Shown: positions 42,165 through 57,719, counted from the stretch's first letter. The stretch is 64,000 nucleotides of DNA from Chrysomallon squamiferum (GCA_012295275.1 CM022678.1:4588001-4652000); one strand, 5' to 3'. The notes: generated by a model from the letters alone, not told the origin. Numbers and translations are program-made.

Positions 42165-42999
42165 ACATGACGTCGTTGCTGTCGTGGTCATACACATTGT
42201 ACTTGTCGTGCTTCATGTCGACAAACGGTAAATGCAATCTTTTCCTTTCTTACAAATTAACTACATCGCCTGATTTACTTGTTGTCGTAAACTGAATGTA
42301 GTTAGCTGCAGCTGTTCTGAACTTAAATGTTGACACATGCAGTGTGTATCGTGGAATTAAGCGTAGACCAATCAACTGCTGTTTGATAGAAAATTAACGC
42401 AGAAACTGTCTGTTTATGCATAGGATTTATGCTCCAGCAACTGATTCGATAGTTTTTGAAATACAGATATCGATCTGTAGCTTTCTAACAGAAAGACAGA
42501 TATAATCAACGAATAAATGTTTAATATTTGTTTGGATATACTATGCATTACTTTCATTGCTGTCGATTCTTTTTATTATAATATTAGTTTACATGTACTG
42601 AATAGTGATAAAATTGCTGAAAACTTTCAGATTTTGTTTAATGCTTGGATTCTAACTTTTCAAAGTTATTGTAAAGATAATTATATAGCATTCAATCGGT
42701 AACGATAAAACGGTGTGCGTATATATTGGAATTAAAACAATTTCATTATTTTCGTTTACAGCATATAAGTTTGGAATACCTGAAATATATTTTCTTACGC
42801 ACACGTGAAAATAATAATTTAAAAAATAGTGGAAAAACACAAACAAATTACTGCATAAAATTTATTAATTAAGAAAAATAAATAAATAAAACATTAGGAA
42901 AGATAAGAAAAACCGTAATCTACACGACATTGATCAGTATTTCGTAGACTTCGCATGTCTCTCTCTGTTGTGTCCACGTATTTTTGTGCCTTGTTCGAA

Positions 43000-44000
43000 C
43001 TATGGCACAAAGTTCGACGGTCTTATTTTCATAACTGTTCTTTTTAATGTGATCTCCGAATCGTAGTTCGGATCGAACCACCGAATTGTACCTGGTTCAT
43101 TCTTCGTTTTACTGTACATACCATTTAAATTGGAACGGAAGCAATATTTGTACCACCACGCGCCGGTATTTTCTTTAGCACAGTCCAAAGGCGAATTGTC
43201 TAAGTCTTTGTCTTTTGTGCTGAAATAACAACCGTTGTGCCACCCCAGAGCATCAACTACAGAAAAATAAGAAAAAATAAATAAGAGAAGAAAACAGTTG
43301 ATGTATTTCTTTTGATTTGACTCCGTCTGATTCATATCCACACATGACAAATTAGTAAAGTAATACACGTTTACTGAGTATCTGACTGCATCAATAAATA
43401 GAGATAATATAAAATACTTAATAATTACTTTCCTAACTACTAAGTAAGTTCTGGGTTAACATTCTTTTGTCAGTACTTCCGACCTTTAAACGTGAATAAT
43501 ATGAAAGCTTCATCTTCTTTTTCTTTTTTTCTTTTTTTTTATAATTACATTTGCAATATTGAAATCCTTAAAAGTGGTGTAGAGGATGATGATGACAATT
43601 CTCGTAATAATGATTTTAATAATAATATTAATGATAATGATAATGATGATGAACATTATAACGTACAATAATGTCAATAGTGCTAATAATGAAAATGATG
43701 AAGAAAATGACAATGGTAATAATAACGAAAAGAAGACGAAGAAGAAAAGAAAACCAAATAGACGAAAAGGTTAACGTCAAATGTTATTATAGTAAACAAT
43801 AACTACAGGATGATGTAATTTTAAATGCTAGTACCAGCAGTTCCACTGTAATTGGCTACTGACAACTGGAAATACTTTTCTTCTCCTGCTATGGAGAAAT
43901 TCTTGTAGAAAGCGTAGGTTATATTCCCTTCAAAATCTTCTAAATCTACCCTCAGTTCATAAAGTCCTTGAGTAGTCATTCTGTGAATATTGGTGTTACC

Positions 44001-44040
<40 letters not shown>

Positions 44041-45190
44041 TGTAGTAGTAGTAGTAATAATAATAATAATAATAATAGTAATAATAATAACAACAATAAT
44101 AAATGTTTGTAATGACAAGATGTTCACTTAGTTATGAAATAAAATCAGTATTAAAAGAATGTTTCATCTTCAAAACTCACACATGCATTCACTAATCGTT
44201 CTGTGCGTCAAACAAGTAAAAACATTAGAACATACCCAGCCAGAACTCACTGTTCAAATTTCCGAAACCGTCTTTGTATTCATTCCAAGTTCTGTAGAAA
44301 TCTTCCGATCCGTCAGTCCTTCGCTGAAATACCTGAATCAGTAACGAAGAAAGACAATACAATCTAGTTCAAGTTCAAAAAGAACCACTGGGATAAAAAA
44401 ATCTATGATCTGTGTCTACTACATGAGCCCTTATCTCATAGAGATGTTATCTCTAATTGTGTATAAAATCTGTGTGTCAGCAAAGATTTATAAGTCTCCC
44501 TTTTTGACTTACCAACCATCCTCCATTACTAATTTCGCAGTAGACACTGATTGGTTCTCCGCTATCACGTGGTTTTACGAAATAAACACCGTCAGTCTGA
44601 ATTCCTTTCTTCACGACTTCGTAACAGTCAGCAGGTACGTCGTTTTCAACATCTGTAAAATCAATTCAGTGTATTCTGAGTAAATCTTTGAATCTAATTA
44701 TTGTGATCTAAAACACAATAATAATAATAATAAGAAGAAGAAGAAGAAGAAGAAGAAGAAAAGAAGAAGAAGAAGAAGAAAAGAAGAGGAAGACAAAAAT
44801 AAAGGCAATCATCAAAGTAAACGAACAATTGATAAAAATCAGAGAAATACTTTTTTTTTCTTTCGTTAATAGCTTACCGAAACGTTGCATGCCTACATAC
44901 TTTTCAAATGTCGAATAAGTGACTTGATCATCGTACAACAAACAAACGTTGTCAGTGGTTGAATAGAACATACTTTGACAGTCAGACAAATGATAACACT
45001 GTCTGGCACACTCTGATCGTGCTGAAGTTGTCGTTTCGACTATTCCTTTGATCTTGGGTTTCACGTTCTGAAATAATGGTGATTCTCGCAGAACAGTTTG
45101 TATGGAACCAGAAGCTGGACAGACATTTCCCGCAGTCGTGATCTTAAACAGGATGAAAATGACAACTGAGATGATCTTGACAGAAGTCAT
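43000..45190 (-). CDS. PAN/Apple-FReD gene copy 5, intact, 323 aa
   Basis: Exons 45190-44878 (313), 44652-44513 (140), 44332-44236 (97), 43999-43835 (165) and 43256-43000 (257) sum to 972 nt, open, all GT-AG. Confidence 0.92.
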
Positions 45191-45668
45191 ATTTGATGAC
45201 GTTGCTGTTGTCTTAGTAGGAGTTACACTTGCCGTCACTGTTGTCCTCTTCTTAGAATGTTGTTCCTGTCCTTGTTTTCGTCTTCAGTGAGAAACAAATG
45301 TTCTTGAAGTTATGGCGTGTAAAGAATGCATGCGAGCCAGTTCTGAGTTCACTGATGTTTTGTAATCTCGTTTAGTGCTGATAATCAAACTGTGTTTTAA
45401 ATTAATGATAAGAGAGAATAGGATATTTAGAGTAACGCATAGAATTACAAGTAAATTGTTAGTTTTGAATAATTTAAATGTTGTTGTACGTGTTACATTT
45501 CAGGGGAAATATGCTGAGAAACATCTTTATCCTTTTTATTGTTAATTTTATTATATATATATTATTTTCTTTCAGTTTCATTTTATAGTATTTATTTAAT
45601 TCTTTTCTTTTATTTTATTTGATCTTATTTATTTATTTATTTATTTATTTATTTTTCTTCCTTTTCTT

Positions 45669-45699
<31 letters not shown>

Positions 45700-48204
45700 T
45701 TATTATTATTATTATTATTATTATTTATTTTATTATTATTATTATTTTGCTAAATGCAGAAATAGGTAAACGTTTAATTTTAAATGGCTACTGTATTTAC
45801 GGAACATGGCAATAAAAGATCGGGTTTGGAAACCTAATAAACTCTGCTTGGTCATTAGCTAGTTGCTGGCCGCCATGTCAAAATTATTTGTTTTATTTTT
45901 CCATTGTAGATATACAAAAATACTTAGAATTTAGTGAAATAAAATCTTTAATAATTAACGAATTGTATCTTAATCCAAGTGTCAAATATGATCTTTGCAC
46001 TGAAAGTTTGGGAAATACGACGTTCATTGAAGATATATTTTCTCGTTGTATTGCTCTGTCTATCATGAAATAATGCATTGATGTGCAGCATTTTTATTTT
46101 TATTTAGTTTTAGAAGTGTTTGGTACCAAATGGTAACCTAATTAAAAATTTACTTTGTGTTCAAATATCAAGAGAAAGCGTGTTTGAAATAGTCCACCTT
46201 TATCATTGTATGCATATATATTTTAATTTTTTTTTTTTACACTTTTCCTAATGTAAATTGTGTTGCATATAATCTTTACATATTAATAAAATACGTTTTT
46301 GATTTCACACTTAAATATGAATTTCTGTTTTGATTACAATATTTTCTTTGATGTATTTCTGAAATATGAAGCAACCCTTCATGTAACTTACCTACGAATA
46401 TATTCTGAATATGATATTACGTTTTTGATCATTATTAATTTAAAACTGTTGGTGACATCAGATATCTGGGTTATACATAACAGAGATTTGTCTTTGTTAA
46501 TGGTTTTTTTTTTTGTTCGTTCTGAGTTTATATTTTTATTGACTGATTTATTGATTATCATTAGTGTTATTTTAAATATTATTTAATACTTTCTTCTTTC
46601 CTTTTTATGAATACTAAATGAGACATACATATTAGTATAAAAGTAAATTCATACATACAATTTTTAGATGAGATTTCTTAATTTTCAAGTTACTGCTGTT
46701 TTGTTTTATATATTTATATACACTATTTTATCTTGTTATAAGAATAATAATAAAAATAATAATATTAATAAGATAAAATAATAATAATAATAGTAATTAT
46801 TGTTATTATTATTATTATTATTGTTATTATTTTTTTTATTATTATTATTATCATCAACATCACACACATCATCATAATCATTAATATTGTTGTTGTTGTT
46901 ATTATTATTTTTTTGTAATTATTATTATTATTATTATTTGTTATTATTATTTTTTTTTTAATTAATTAATATTTACATCATCTGTATTTTTATTCAAGAA
47001 TTATTAACATACACAAACACAGAAGGACATTTATTATTATTATTTTGTTATTCTTTTTGATGTTTTAATTATAATATTTACATCATCTGTATTTTTAACA
47101 GCAGATCAAGAAAATCATGTTAACATAAACAGAAACAAAGAAGGACATTTTATGCATGAGGTTACTTATTTTTGTTGTTATTAAAAACATTAACTTAAAA
47201 TAAAATTTTTCTTTTTTTATTTTTGGCTGTTTTTTTTGTTTTTTCATTATATATTTCCTCTTTCTTTCTTTATTTATTATTATTATTTTTATTTTTTAAA
47301 ATAATACCAAAGATAAAATAATATAACCATAACTAGACTGTAAACAGAAAATTTTTTTGTTCTTTTTAAAAAGAATTAATGCGAACTTCTGGCATCCAGA
47401 AAAGCTTAGGTTTTGTGATGATGAAAAACTTTTGCCTTTGAAACCGTTAAACATTAACTAAAACTATAAAATAAAATTTGTTCCTGAATAAAATAGAATA
47501 GAATAAAAATAAAATAATTCTTCATAAAAAGAATACATATTTTTTTAACAGTTCTATTTCACGAATGTCAATGGTAAGATGCACTCGTTGAAACGAGACA
47601 TCGATGTAAAGTTTCTAATCGAAGGATAGAAGTAATGAACGAATTAATTTTTAATAATTGGTTGTTTTTCCAGTACAAAGTAATTTTGTTGCTGTTTGAA
47701 GAATGATATAGCAAAATAACTCTAATATGAAGGAATAATTAACTGAACTTTGAATAAAGATATTTGTTTGTATGCCCTGAAGTATGAAAATAATACTCAG
47801 TCTTTACAGGTTTTCTTTAATGACTGAATGGTAGTTATTTTAAAGTCATTATATATGTTATTATAATTCGACTTTCCGCCATGTTTAATCATCTTGCGTT
47901 CTCCAGCTTTTACTGAAAAACCTCTCTCCAGAGGATCATTTTTAGCAATTAGGATTACAATTGTCGATAAACATTATCATATTCAGTACACAAAAGTTCC
48001 TTATCTTCTGTCCATTATTAACACCGATTCTTATTTTCATATGCAGAAAAATAGATCAACAAGGTCTGACAGAGGGACAGACAGAATAAAACATCTAAGA
48101 CAACAAACATCTTTATTCTTTACTTAGCACAAAGACAGATATATCACTGCTATTAATGTAAACATTTTCTGAGACAAATGACTTCATTAAAATAACAGCT
48201 TCCT

Positions 48205-48540
48205 GTAACGTCGAACTCCTGGACAATCGTCAAATGTAGACTGAAAAACATCGTCACCATGCGCAAAACAAACATTGTCGTTGAAGAAACTGTGACGTAG
48301 TGGAAACAGGCCTCTCAGTATGGCAAGGTGAAATGATTGCCTGCCATTAAAGATATGTTTCACAATTTAAGTTGCTGTATACAAACTCTATATATCTGCG
48401 AGCCTATAAATCTGCATATGTGTTTCTGAGTGTGTTTTTGTTTGTCTACATAAAGGTCTTTCTGACTTACCCGCCATCCTACATTAATAATTTCACAGTA
48501 GACAGTGACTGGCTTGACTACATCACGTGATTGTACCAAA
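48205..48540 (-). pseudogene. Scrambled relics: exon-2 3' half (48540-48471) followed by exon-1 3' tail (48290-48205)
   Basis: Mirror image of 63258-63600 (+). VYCEIIN..R motif and DNVCFAHGDDVFQSTF motif. Confidence 0.65.
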
Positions 48541-48735
48541 AATTCAAAAACGAAGAAATGAACAAATATATGTATTCATTCGCAGAAAAGGAATTCTTAA
48601 AGAAGAAGAAGAAGAAGAAGAAGAAGAAGGAAAAAAGAACAAACTACAAACTAGTTTTGGATGTGGTGCAGGTCTGCAAGATGCACGATCTCGGTGTTGT
48701 TGTTATTCTTGTTGTTCTTCTTCTTTTTTCTTCTT

Positions 48736-48766
<31 letters not shown>

Positions 48767-49019
48767 TTATTATTATTATTATTATTATTATTGTTATTAT
48801 TATTATTTCTGCTGCTGTTGTTTGTGTTGCTGATATTGTAGTGACTGTGGTTATTGTTGTTACAAAACACAATAGGAAAACGCAGTAACCTCGTTATTAA
48901 AGTAAGGAAAGTACTAATTATTTTAAAATTTTATTTTTATTTCAGTGGTCTGCTTTTATTATGAGAGTTTGATTCGATTAATGAGAGGCATAACAATCAT
49001 TGCAATAATTGTTTATTAG

Positions 49020-49215
49020 GTGATGGTCTTGACTGGCACAATGGTTGTTATTTCCGTACAAAAGAACAAAGACTTGGACACTTCAGCTGACAACTGTGCT
49101 GAAACTTACTAAGGTGCGTGGTTGGTCAGAAATGTTCTGACTACTGAAAAATGCACTGCAGTTTCGAAAATAAAGAACAGTTATGAAAATAAGACGATCT
49201 TACTTCGTACCACTT
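49020..49215 (+). pseudogene. Orphan decayed FReD exon 5
   Basis: tag|GDGLDWHNGCYFRTK/frameshift/KDLDTSADNCAETY*GAW...RTVMKIRRSYFVP. Confidence 0.8.
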
Positions 49216-50215
49216 GAAATGAAAATGTTTGACGAAAATACAGTAATACGTGGACATATAGAGGAGATATTTGAAGTCTGTGTGAATTAATGTTCGTTGT
49301 GGTGTTGATTCTGGCATGTCTTCTGTTTTCTACTTTGTTTTGAAATTTAGTTTATAAATACTTACATTATGATTCATTTCAAACTTTTTTCTTTCATTAT
49401 TTCAAACCACAATCGTTTTCAGTTATTTCAATCTTAATTGTTGTGAACCATGAATGACAAGCTGGATATCACGTGATCACACATGTAGCTAGAAAAAGAA
49501 AAACAAAAGGAAACTGTTTTATTATAACTGTAAAACAACTGCAGTCCATGGATTATAGAAAATGTATAGTGTTTGAGATTTTAACTACGATTCAGTACAT
49601 ATAAATCAATTATATTATGACTATTGGAATTAAAGTTAAATATTTATTGTATAACAGTAAGACTTGTATGTTATCTACTACATTTATTTTGCAGCATTCA
49701 GTTTCATGCATCAGTGAAACTTCCTCTTTGTACTGGAGTGTAGGCAAACATAAAATATTTATTCTTTGATTTTATCTGGTTTTCTATTAGAAAAATATAA
49801 ACAGATAATTCGCTTTCAGACTGTGTCGACATATTCACTGCAGAACAAATTATTTAGATAAGTCATAACAATTGATGGAATACAATTACATGTTAATGGT
49901 TTCTGAAGAAAAAAACCCACTCACTTTATTTTTTCAATTTTAATTCTATCACAGCTTGTCTGTATCAGTATTCATATCGGCAGTTGCGACAAAGCATTCA
50001 TTGAAACGTGTTGTTTTTGTACAAGGAATTACTTATCCACGCTATTTGTCTGTTAACCGAAAGAAAGGAAACGAATAATTAATTATTTTCCTAAAAAAAA
50101 ATAGAGTATTCCAATAAATCAATATTGAAGGCAAATACAGCTCCTATCTATTTGTGTACAAGACAAGATCGACAACACTCTGATTTCTCCGGAGTCAACA
50201 ACCACAACGTCAACT

Positions 50216-52133
50216 ATGACTTCTGTGAAGACTATCTCACTTAGGATTTTCATCCTGTTTGAGGCCTCTGTTTCCTCAGAACTCTGTCCAGCTTCTGGCA
50301 ACGTTGAAACCGATTTGCACGAATCACCATTATTTCGAGATGTAAAACCCAAATCACAAAGTTTAGAAGAAATGACAACACGAGGAATTTACAGTGCGCA
50401 GTCAATTGCTATCATCGTCTTGGCTGCCGAAGTATTTTCTATTCAACCATTGACAACGTTTGTTTCTTACACGGTGTTGATGTTAATTATTCGACATCTG
50501 AAACGTGCAACGTTTCGGTAAGTTATTAAGATAAAAAATAGGTAGTTCTGTCATTTCCTTTGTCGATTCCATTATCTTTTCTTTCTTCTTTATCTTCTTT
50601 ATCTTTTTCTTTTTTATCTTCTTCTTTGTTGTTGTTGTTGTTCTTTTTATTATTATATTTGCGTTTTAGAAACAAATATTTGCAGATAGACGACTGAAGA
50701 TTTACTCAGAATACACTGAATTGATTTTGCAGATGTTGACAACGACGTACCTGCTGACTGTCACGATGTTGTGAAGAAAGGAATTCAGACTGACGGCGTT
50801 TATTTCGTTAAACCATGTGTTGCCATAGACCCTCATAAGTGTCTATTGTGAAATTAGTAATGGAGGATGGCTGGTAAGTTAAAAAAGTTTGATTTATCCA
50901 TCTATCTATAAAATATATATGTATGTATGTATCCATGATGTCTGTAACCAAATTAATAATGGAGTATACAGTTTTCATAGCTTCACGGTCCCCTTACCTA
51001 AGCTACTTACTTGCAAGAGGAAGTAAGCGTTTAGGGATTAAGAAATGAATTAGTAAATTTAGACAATGGTTTATTACGGTGATGGTATAATACTACCAAC
51101 ATCATAAACAAAGAGATTAAACAAATACGCTTTTACTGACACAGTTTATGCCATACAATTACTGCACCAAAACAAGTGATAAAATTATGCAGGACAAAAG
51201 TTTCAAAATACTCTCCCGTGATCTCCGTGAAGATGAAAGAGAATCACGGGATATGCATGCAGCAGCTTGTCTGGTAAAAACGCGTTTTTAGGCCAGGACT
51301 CCGGTTTTCTTTGTTGTTTGCATAAATTATGTTCCAGTGGACGTCAACGAAATTTGTGTTTATAACCGAAACTGGCCGCTGTTTATCTTAACTAATAATT
51401 TTAAGAATGATCTTTAAAAGTTGTTTTTTTTTCATCGAATGTTTTGTTCTTAAAGGATATTACGATAGTCAAAAACATATTTCAATTATTTAATTTTACC
51501 GGAATCTAAAGGAAATCATTTGAAGTAAATCGTATTAATAAATATACATATTTGTTCCCCATCTGTATATCTATCTATCTTTCTATCTATTTAGCTAGCT
51601 GTTTACCTCCTTTCCTACCTACCTACCTATCTGTCTATCTTTCTGTCTATTTCATTTTGTTTATTTCTTACAAACCGGTGTACTTGTGAGTGTATTTATA
51701 TTTTTTAGGTTTTTCAGCGAAGGACAGACGGATCAGAAGATTTTTACAGAACTTGGAATGAATACAAAGACGGTTTCGGAAATTTGAACAGTGAGTTCTG
51801 GCTGGGTATGATTAATATATGTTAACTGTTTGATATTCTGTAAAGGTCATTGGTGGACTTAATGGTGAGACACATTTTTTGACAGTTTAGTTATAATTCT
51901 TTATCAAATATAATACTTTTCCAAATATTTGTTTTGCCTCATCAAAATATTATTATTATTATTATTAGGTAACATGAATATTCACAGACTGACTACTCAA
52001 GGAGTTTATGAACTGAGGGTAGATTTAGAAGATTTAGACGAGAACGTGACTTACGCCTCCTACAACAATGTCTCTATAGTAGGAGAAGAAAAGAATTTCC
52101 AGTTGTCAGTAGCCAATTACAGAGGAACCGCTG
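50216..52133 (+). pseudogene. PAN/Apple-FReD copy 6, inverted pseudogene
   Basis: Exon 1 (50216-50517) is 302 nt and frameshifted. Exon 2 (50733-50873) is 141 nt and frameshifted. Exons 3 (51709-51805) and 4 (51969-52133) are intact. Exon 5 is deleted relative to copy 8. Confidence 0.9.
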
Positions 52134-54060
52134 GTAATTAGAATTACACTTATACTATTGTATTTTAATTATTATTATCGTTCTTGTTGTTCCTGCTGTT
52201 GCAAAGCATTAAAAGTAAGAAAGATGGTATTAAAGGACAAAAAGACAACTTGTTTCTTGTTATAATATTTGATTTGTATCAACAAAACGAAGTCACAATA
52301 ACATGGTCTAGCATCGTTTTGTACTGGCAGTCAAACGATCTTTTAAATTAATAATGATAGCAAATACTGTATTTAGAGTAACTCATTGAAATTCAAACGA
52401 ACAGTCACTTTTGAATAATTAATATGTTCTTGTTCGTGTTATGTTTCACGGGAATTGTGCTGATATATACAATAATGCTCTTCATCAGGATCATTGGTCT
52501 GCGACTACTGAACCCAAGAGATCTAAATCGAATAAAACAATTCGTACGTCCATTAGTTTTGATATACTCCTATAAATCTATAATACTTAATGAATTACAT
52601 TTTAATTCAAGTGTCGAAAACAATATTTGTACTGAAAATTTGGGAAAACAAGCGTTCATTGAATATATATTTTCTCGTTCTACTGCTCAGTCTATTACCG
52701 TTTTATTCTATTTTTTTCAGAAAAATTTACTTGATCTTCCAATATCGAGAGAAAACGTGATACCACAAATTAAAAATACTGCTGATGTTGAGTAGAGAAA
52801 TGCTGACACAAACCGTCCAATTAAAAGTAAAAAAGTGAAGTGTTATTCTACGGGTACTGACGTGTAACCAGTTTGTTCAGTCGCTGTTATTTATTTATGT
52901 AATTTGTACACTAGAGACTGATTCGATATCTTCTCAATGTGAGCTATCGATTTATAACTCTCTAACAGATAAAAGGTGCAATGAACTAATAAATGTTTAA
53001 TGTTTCTTTCGCGACTCTCCAGTTCTAAGATTGCTGATTATTATTAAAGATAGATATTGCAAAGTTAATATATTACATAACAAAGTGTCGCGGATTTCTA
53101 AGATGCTTATTATAACTCGTCATTTTGATTTGTGGTGTAACTGTCTTTTCAGTTCTGTAATCAATTCATTTTATTAATCTATGTTTAGAAGCAAAGTGAT
53201 CTGCCGATGGATATACGTTTCTTTCGTCATGGAAGAATCTGGTAAGCTGTTCTTTTCTTATTCTGAGATGGTGTAATGTCTAATTAAACTGTCTCAGTAA
53301 CAATTGTGAAGTTTAATTTGTTAAATCTCCCCTTCGAGGAGAATCTTATTTTTATATTGGTTCCCCGGCTGATGTTAATTCACTTTCTCACACAAGATAT
53401 TCAAATATATTTTATCAAAATTTCTATTATCACTTTTCATTATCTTTCTCGTGACTAAATAGTAAATGTACCTTAATTTGTTTTGTGTTTAGTTATCTAG
53501 CGCCTATATAGAACTCGTTTATATAGTTTATAAATTCCTTGTCAGGTTACCATTAATTAAAACATCTAGTTAACTGCTAGACTGAGGCGTCTTAAAATAC
53601 AGCAGATGTTTGATCAAACTGTACCCATGTTGAAGATAATTCAATTTCTACAACGAGACATCATCAAACACTTTTTGAATGATAATACTCGGTTTACATT
53701 TAATACATGGTTGTAATTATTCCTGTTATTTTAGTAAGTATTAATGCTGGATTGTTTCGGATAAATATAAACAGGCACGTACAGATTGATCTAACTGAAC
53801 AGTTTCATTCCTTCACTTTATGACATGTTTTATCACATGACATCCACACTTTGTTAGAGAAAATTAGCATCTTTAGAGACTGAATAAATAAATAAATGCA
53901 ACAAATGAATCAGAGAATAAAGATTTATTAATCAAATTTCAAAAGTCAATGAAAGCGAGTCAGCTCCACTGTGATCGTTATTTTTCTACGTCTTTACGAT
54001 TAGTTTTCTGACACAGATCTCTCACATGAATCGGTCCACATATTTTGTAATTAATCCGGA

Positions 54061-56038
54061 CTATGGCACGATCTCAGATCGTCTTATTTTCATAACTACT
54101 CCTTTTAGTGGGTCATACCATCGTTTTCTCCATGGATACCACCAAACTGAAGTCTGATCAGCCGTCGTTAGATATCTGTACATTCCATTTAGATTGGAGT
54201 GAGCACAACGGTTGTACCACCAACATCCTTTCTGGTGTACAGCACAGTTCAAACTTGACCTGTCCTGATCTTTGTCTTTTGTAGTGAAATAACAACCATT
54301 ATGAAATGACAGACCATCACCTGTAAAATAGTGATTAAAAACATTTTATTATCTACATGTTATTTAGGCTATACACTAATCTAAGAAAAATCACCATTTC
54401 TCTCTCTACATAATAATAAAAAATATATATATATCAGTATACATTTCTGCTGAATATGTGAGCATTAAAATAAATGCATATTTTTAAATAAGTTATTAAC
54501 GAGTTAACTGTGTTACCACTTTTATGGTTATCTGTCTATCCATCCGTAATGAAATCTTAAATACAATAATCTGTCTGATAATAACAACCGGAATAACTGC
54601 ATCATCACTATTACTGCTACTACTATCATTACAATAACAACAACAAAAACGGCTAATAGTAATAATAATGCAGCTAGTAATAATAAGAAGGTGAAGATGA
54701 ATAAAACTGAATGAATGTGGACAAAAAAAAAGGAGAAGAAGAAAGAGCAGTAATGGAAAGTTAACATCACATATTATCAAAGTAAATGATAAGAAAAAAA
54801 TAATATTATTATGAACACATATACCAGCAGTTCCACTGTAATTGGCTACAGACAACTGGAAATTCTTTTCTTCTCCTGAAACTAAAAGAAAGTTAGTACC
54901 AAACACTATGACAGTAATAAAAAATAGGAAAACAATGTTAATTTAATTCTAATTACCAGCATTTCCGCTGTAACCAGCTACAGACAACTGGAAATTCTTT
55001 TCTTCTCCTGCTATGGAGAAATTCTTGTAGGAGGCGTAGGCAGTGTTCCCTTCAAAATCTTCTAAATCTACCCTCAGTTCATAAAGTCCTTGAGTAGTCA
55101 GTCTGTGAATATTGGTGTTCCCTAATAATTATAATAATAATAATAACTATGATGATGCTCGTAATGATCATCATCAGTGTCATGATGATGGTAAGGATGA
55201 TCAGGATGATATCAATACGAACAACGATACTTATGTTGGAAGAAATGTGACACAAAATACGAACATTTATCTAATTCTGTATCCATTTGCATCGAAAAGA
55301 TAATCAGGTTTAAACATACCCAGCCAGAACTCATTGCGTAAATTTCCGAAACCGTCTTTATATTCATTCCATGTTCTGTAGAAATCTTCCAATCCGTCAG
55401 TTCTTCTCTGTAAAACCTCATTAAATAAGGAAACAGGTGAGTAGGAAGTCAGATTGCGCAGTCTTGTCCAAATCGTCATATGATGGCGAGATATTAAACA
55501 ATATATATATACACACATACATACATACATACATACATACATACATACATACATACATACATACATACATACATACATAAATAAAGAAAGAAAACAAAAT
55601 AAACGAATATAACAATCTGCTGAATATCGACTCTAAGATATACCCAGATCAGTTAATACAAATTGCCGAATCTGGAGAAATGGTATGCCGTAAAAGATCT
55701 ATGTTTCACAATTTAAGTTACGGTACACAAACTCTTACTGATAGGGTTATCATACGTGCAGGTTTATATGTCTCCAGATGTATTTCTTAGTCGTTTTTTA
55801 TCTAGATAAAGGTATTCCTGACTTACCAACCAAATTCCATTACTAATCTCACAGTAGACACTGATTGGCTTTCCACCGTCACGTGGTTGTACCAAATAAA
55901 TCCCATCAGTCTGAATTCCTTTCTTCACGACATCGTAACAGTCAGCAGGTACATCGTTTTCAACATCTATAAAATCAATTCACTGTATTCTGAGTAAATA
56001 TTTATATGTAAAATGCGAACAGATAATAATAATAAGAG

Positions 56039-56069
<31 letters not shown>

Positions 56070-56071
56070 AA

Positions 56072-56102
<31 letters not shown>

Positions 56103-56502
56103 AAGAAGAAACAAATTAGGAAGAAGACAGACATAACTGAGAAATGTTATGAAAGAAAGATGTTATATTTTTAGTTGTTAACAGTTTACCGAAACGTCGC
56201 ATTCCTGAATAATTTTCAAACGTAGAACGAAAAACATCTGCACCGTATAACAAACAATTGTTGTCAGTGGTCGAATAGAAAATACTTCGACAGTCGGAAA
56301 GGCGATCACACTTTATAGCACACTCAAATCGTGTTGAAGTTGTCATTTCTTTTATGCCTTGAATGTTGGGTTTTACGTTCTGAAATAATCGTGATTCATG
56401 AAAGAAAGTTCGTACAAAGCCAGAAGCGGGACAGACATCTGAGGCAGCTGTTGTCTTAAACAGGATGAAAATAATGACTGCAAAGTCCTTCAGGAGAAGC
56501 AT
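54061..56502 (-). CDS. PAN/Apple-FReD gene copy 7, intact, 324 aa (341 aa if the extra 51-nt exon 54875-54825 is included)
   Basis: Exons 56502-56190 (313), 55966-55827 (140), 55416-55320 (97), 55121-54957 (165) and 54320-54061 (260) sum to 975 nt, open. Confidence 0.9.
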
Positions 56503-57719
56503 TCTAGAAGTCAGAGAAATCACACTTGTCGTGGTCTTTCTCGTTTTCTTTGTGCTCTTTTTCAGAGAAATCACACTGTTGTTGTTCTTCTCGTCTTCAC
56601 AGTAGTTGTGAGCTGGCTAATTGATCCTATGTTATTCTACTCTCAGTTTTTAATGTATACAAATTGAAAGTGACAATCAACATTATTAAAATGCACACGA
56701 TAGGTTAACTTATTCAACAGATTCACTCGTGTTAATGAAAGATTAATTTAATTCGAGACACTGAGGTTTCATTCGAAAGAGGATTATGTATTTTTTATTT
56801 GTAAAACAAAATCATGCACTGAAAACAGCAACAGTAAATTTACACTTGAATAAATATGCTCATACATGCATTTATACATACATACCAACACCGAAAACAT
56901 ATATACAGATGCAAATAAAGGTGCTCTATTTCAAACATGCTTTCTCTCGATGTTTCAGTACAAAGTAAATTTTAAATTAGTTTTCTTCTGAAAAAAAAAA
57001 AGGAGATAAAAAATGGCCAATATCGATCTATTATTTCGACAAACACAGAGCAATATAACGAGAAAATGTATCTTCAATGAACTTTGGTTTTTCAATGCAT
57101 TCAGAACAAAAAATTATTCAATATTTTAAAATACTGCAGTTAACAAAATTCACTCTGCAATTGATAATATGAATGAATCAATGCTTAATTCTTATTGGCG
57201 AATGTCTTGCAATAATATTATTATTGATTATCTTAGAATCAGACACTGGTCAACAGCAGTCTTTCTTCATAAGTGTCATTAAAGACGTATTCATTCTCTG
57301 TATTGTTCTTTCAGTAAGAATGATATTAAAACCAAATTCCCTTTACTTAGAAAAATTAAATGTTTCACTTTTTCCTGTCTACTTAATCAAAAACAGAGGG
57401 TGTTAGAGTGATGAAGCAAAGAATAAAGTATTCTAGCAAAAAATGTTTCCGATAAAGCAGCGGTCATAAAAAATAAAAAAAAATACAGAGAAAGAAAAAT
57501 TGGGTATGTAATAAATAAGAAAATAAAGGCCAAGTGAAAACACACGCACACCCAGAATAAAAATAAAAACACTAAAAAATACACACATATAATTTTATCA
57601 TTTTATTTATTTTAAGTAAACTATGAAAAGGGACACTTCACTAGAGTAAATAAGTGAACATGAAGTAACTCGTCTCTTAACAAGAAAACAACAACACCAA
57701 CTGACGCTTCAAGAACAAT

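Larger units (their letters stand above)
47828..52306. repeat. Left arm of a large inverted duplication (right arm ~58222-64000, continuing to the window edge)
   Basis: 47828 ATGGTAGTT..AAAGTCATT is the reverse complement of the last bases of the window. The match stays colinear through the gene copy to ~52190; 52205-52306 then matches the reverse complement of 58222-58325. Confidence 0.92.
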
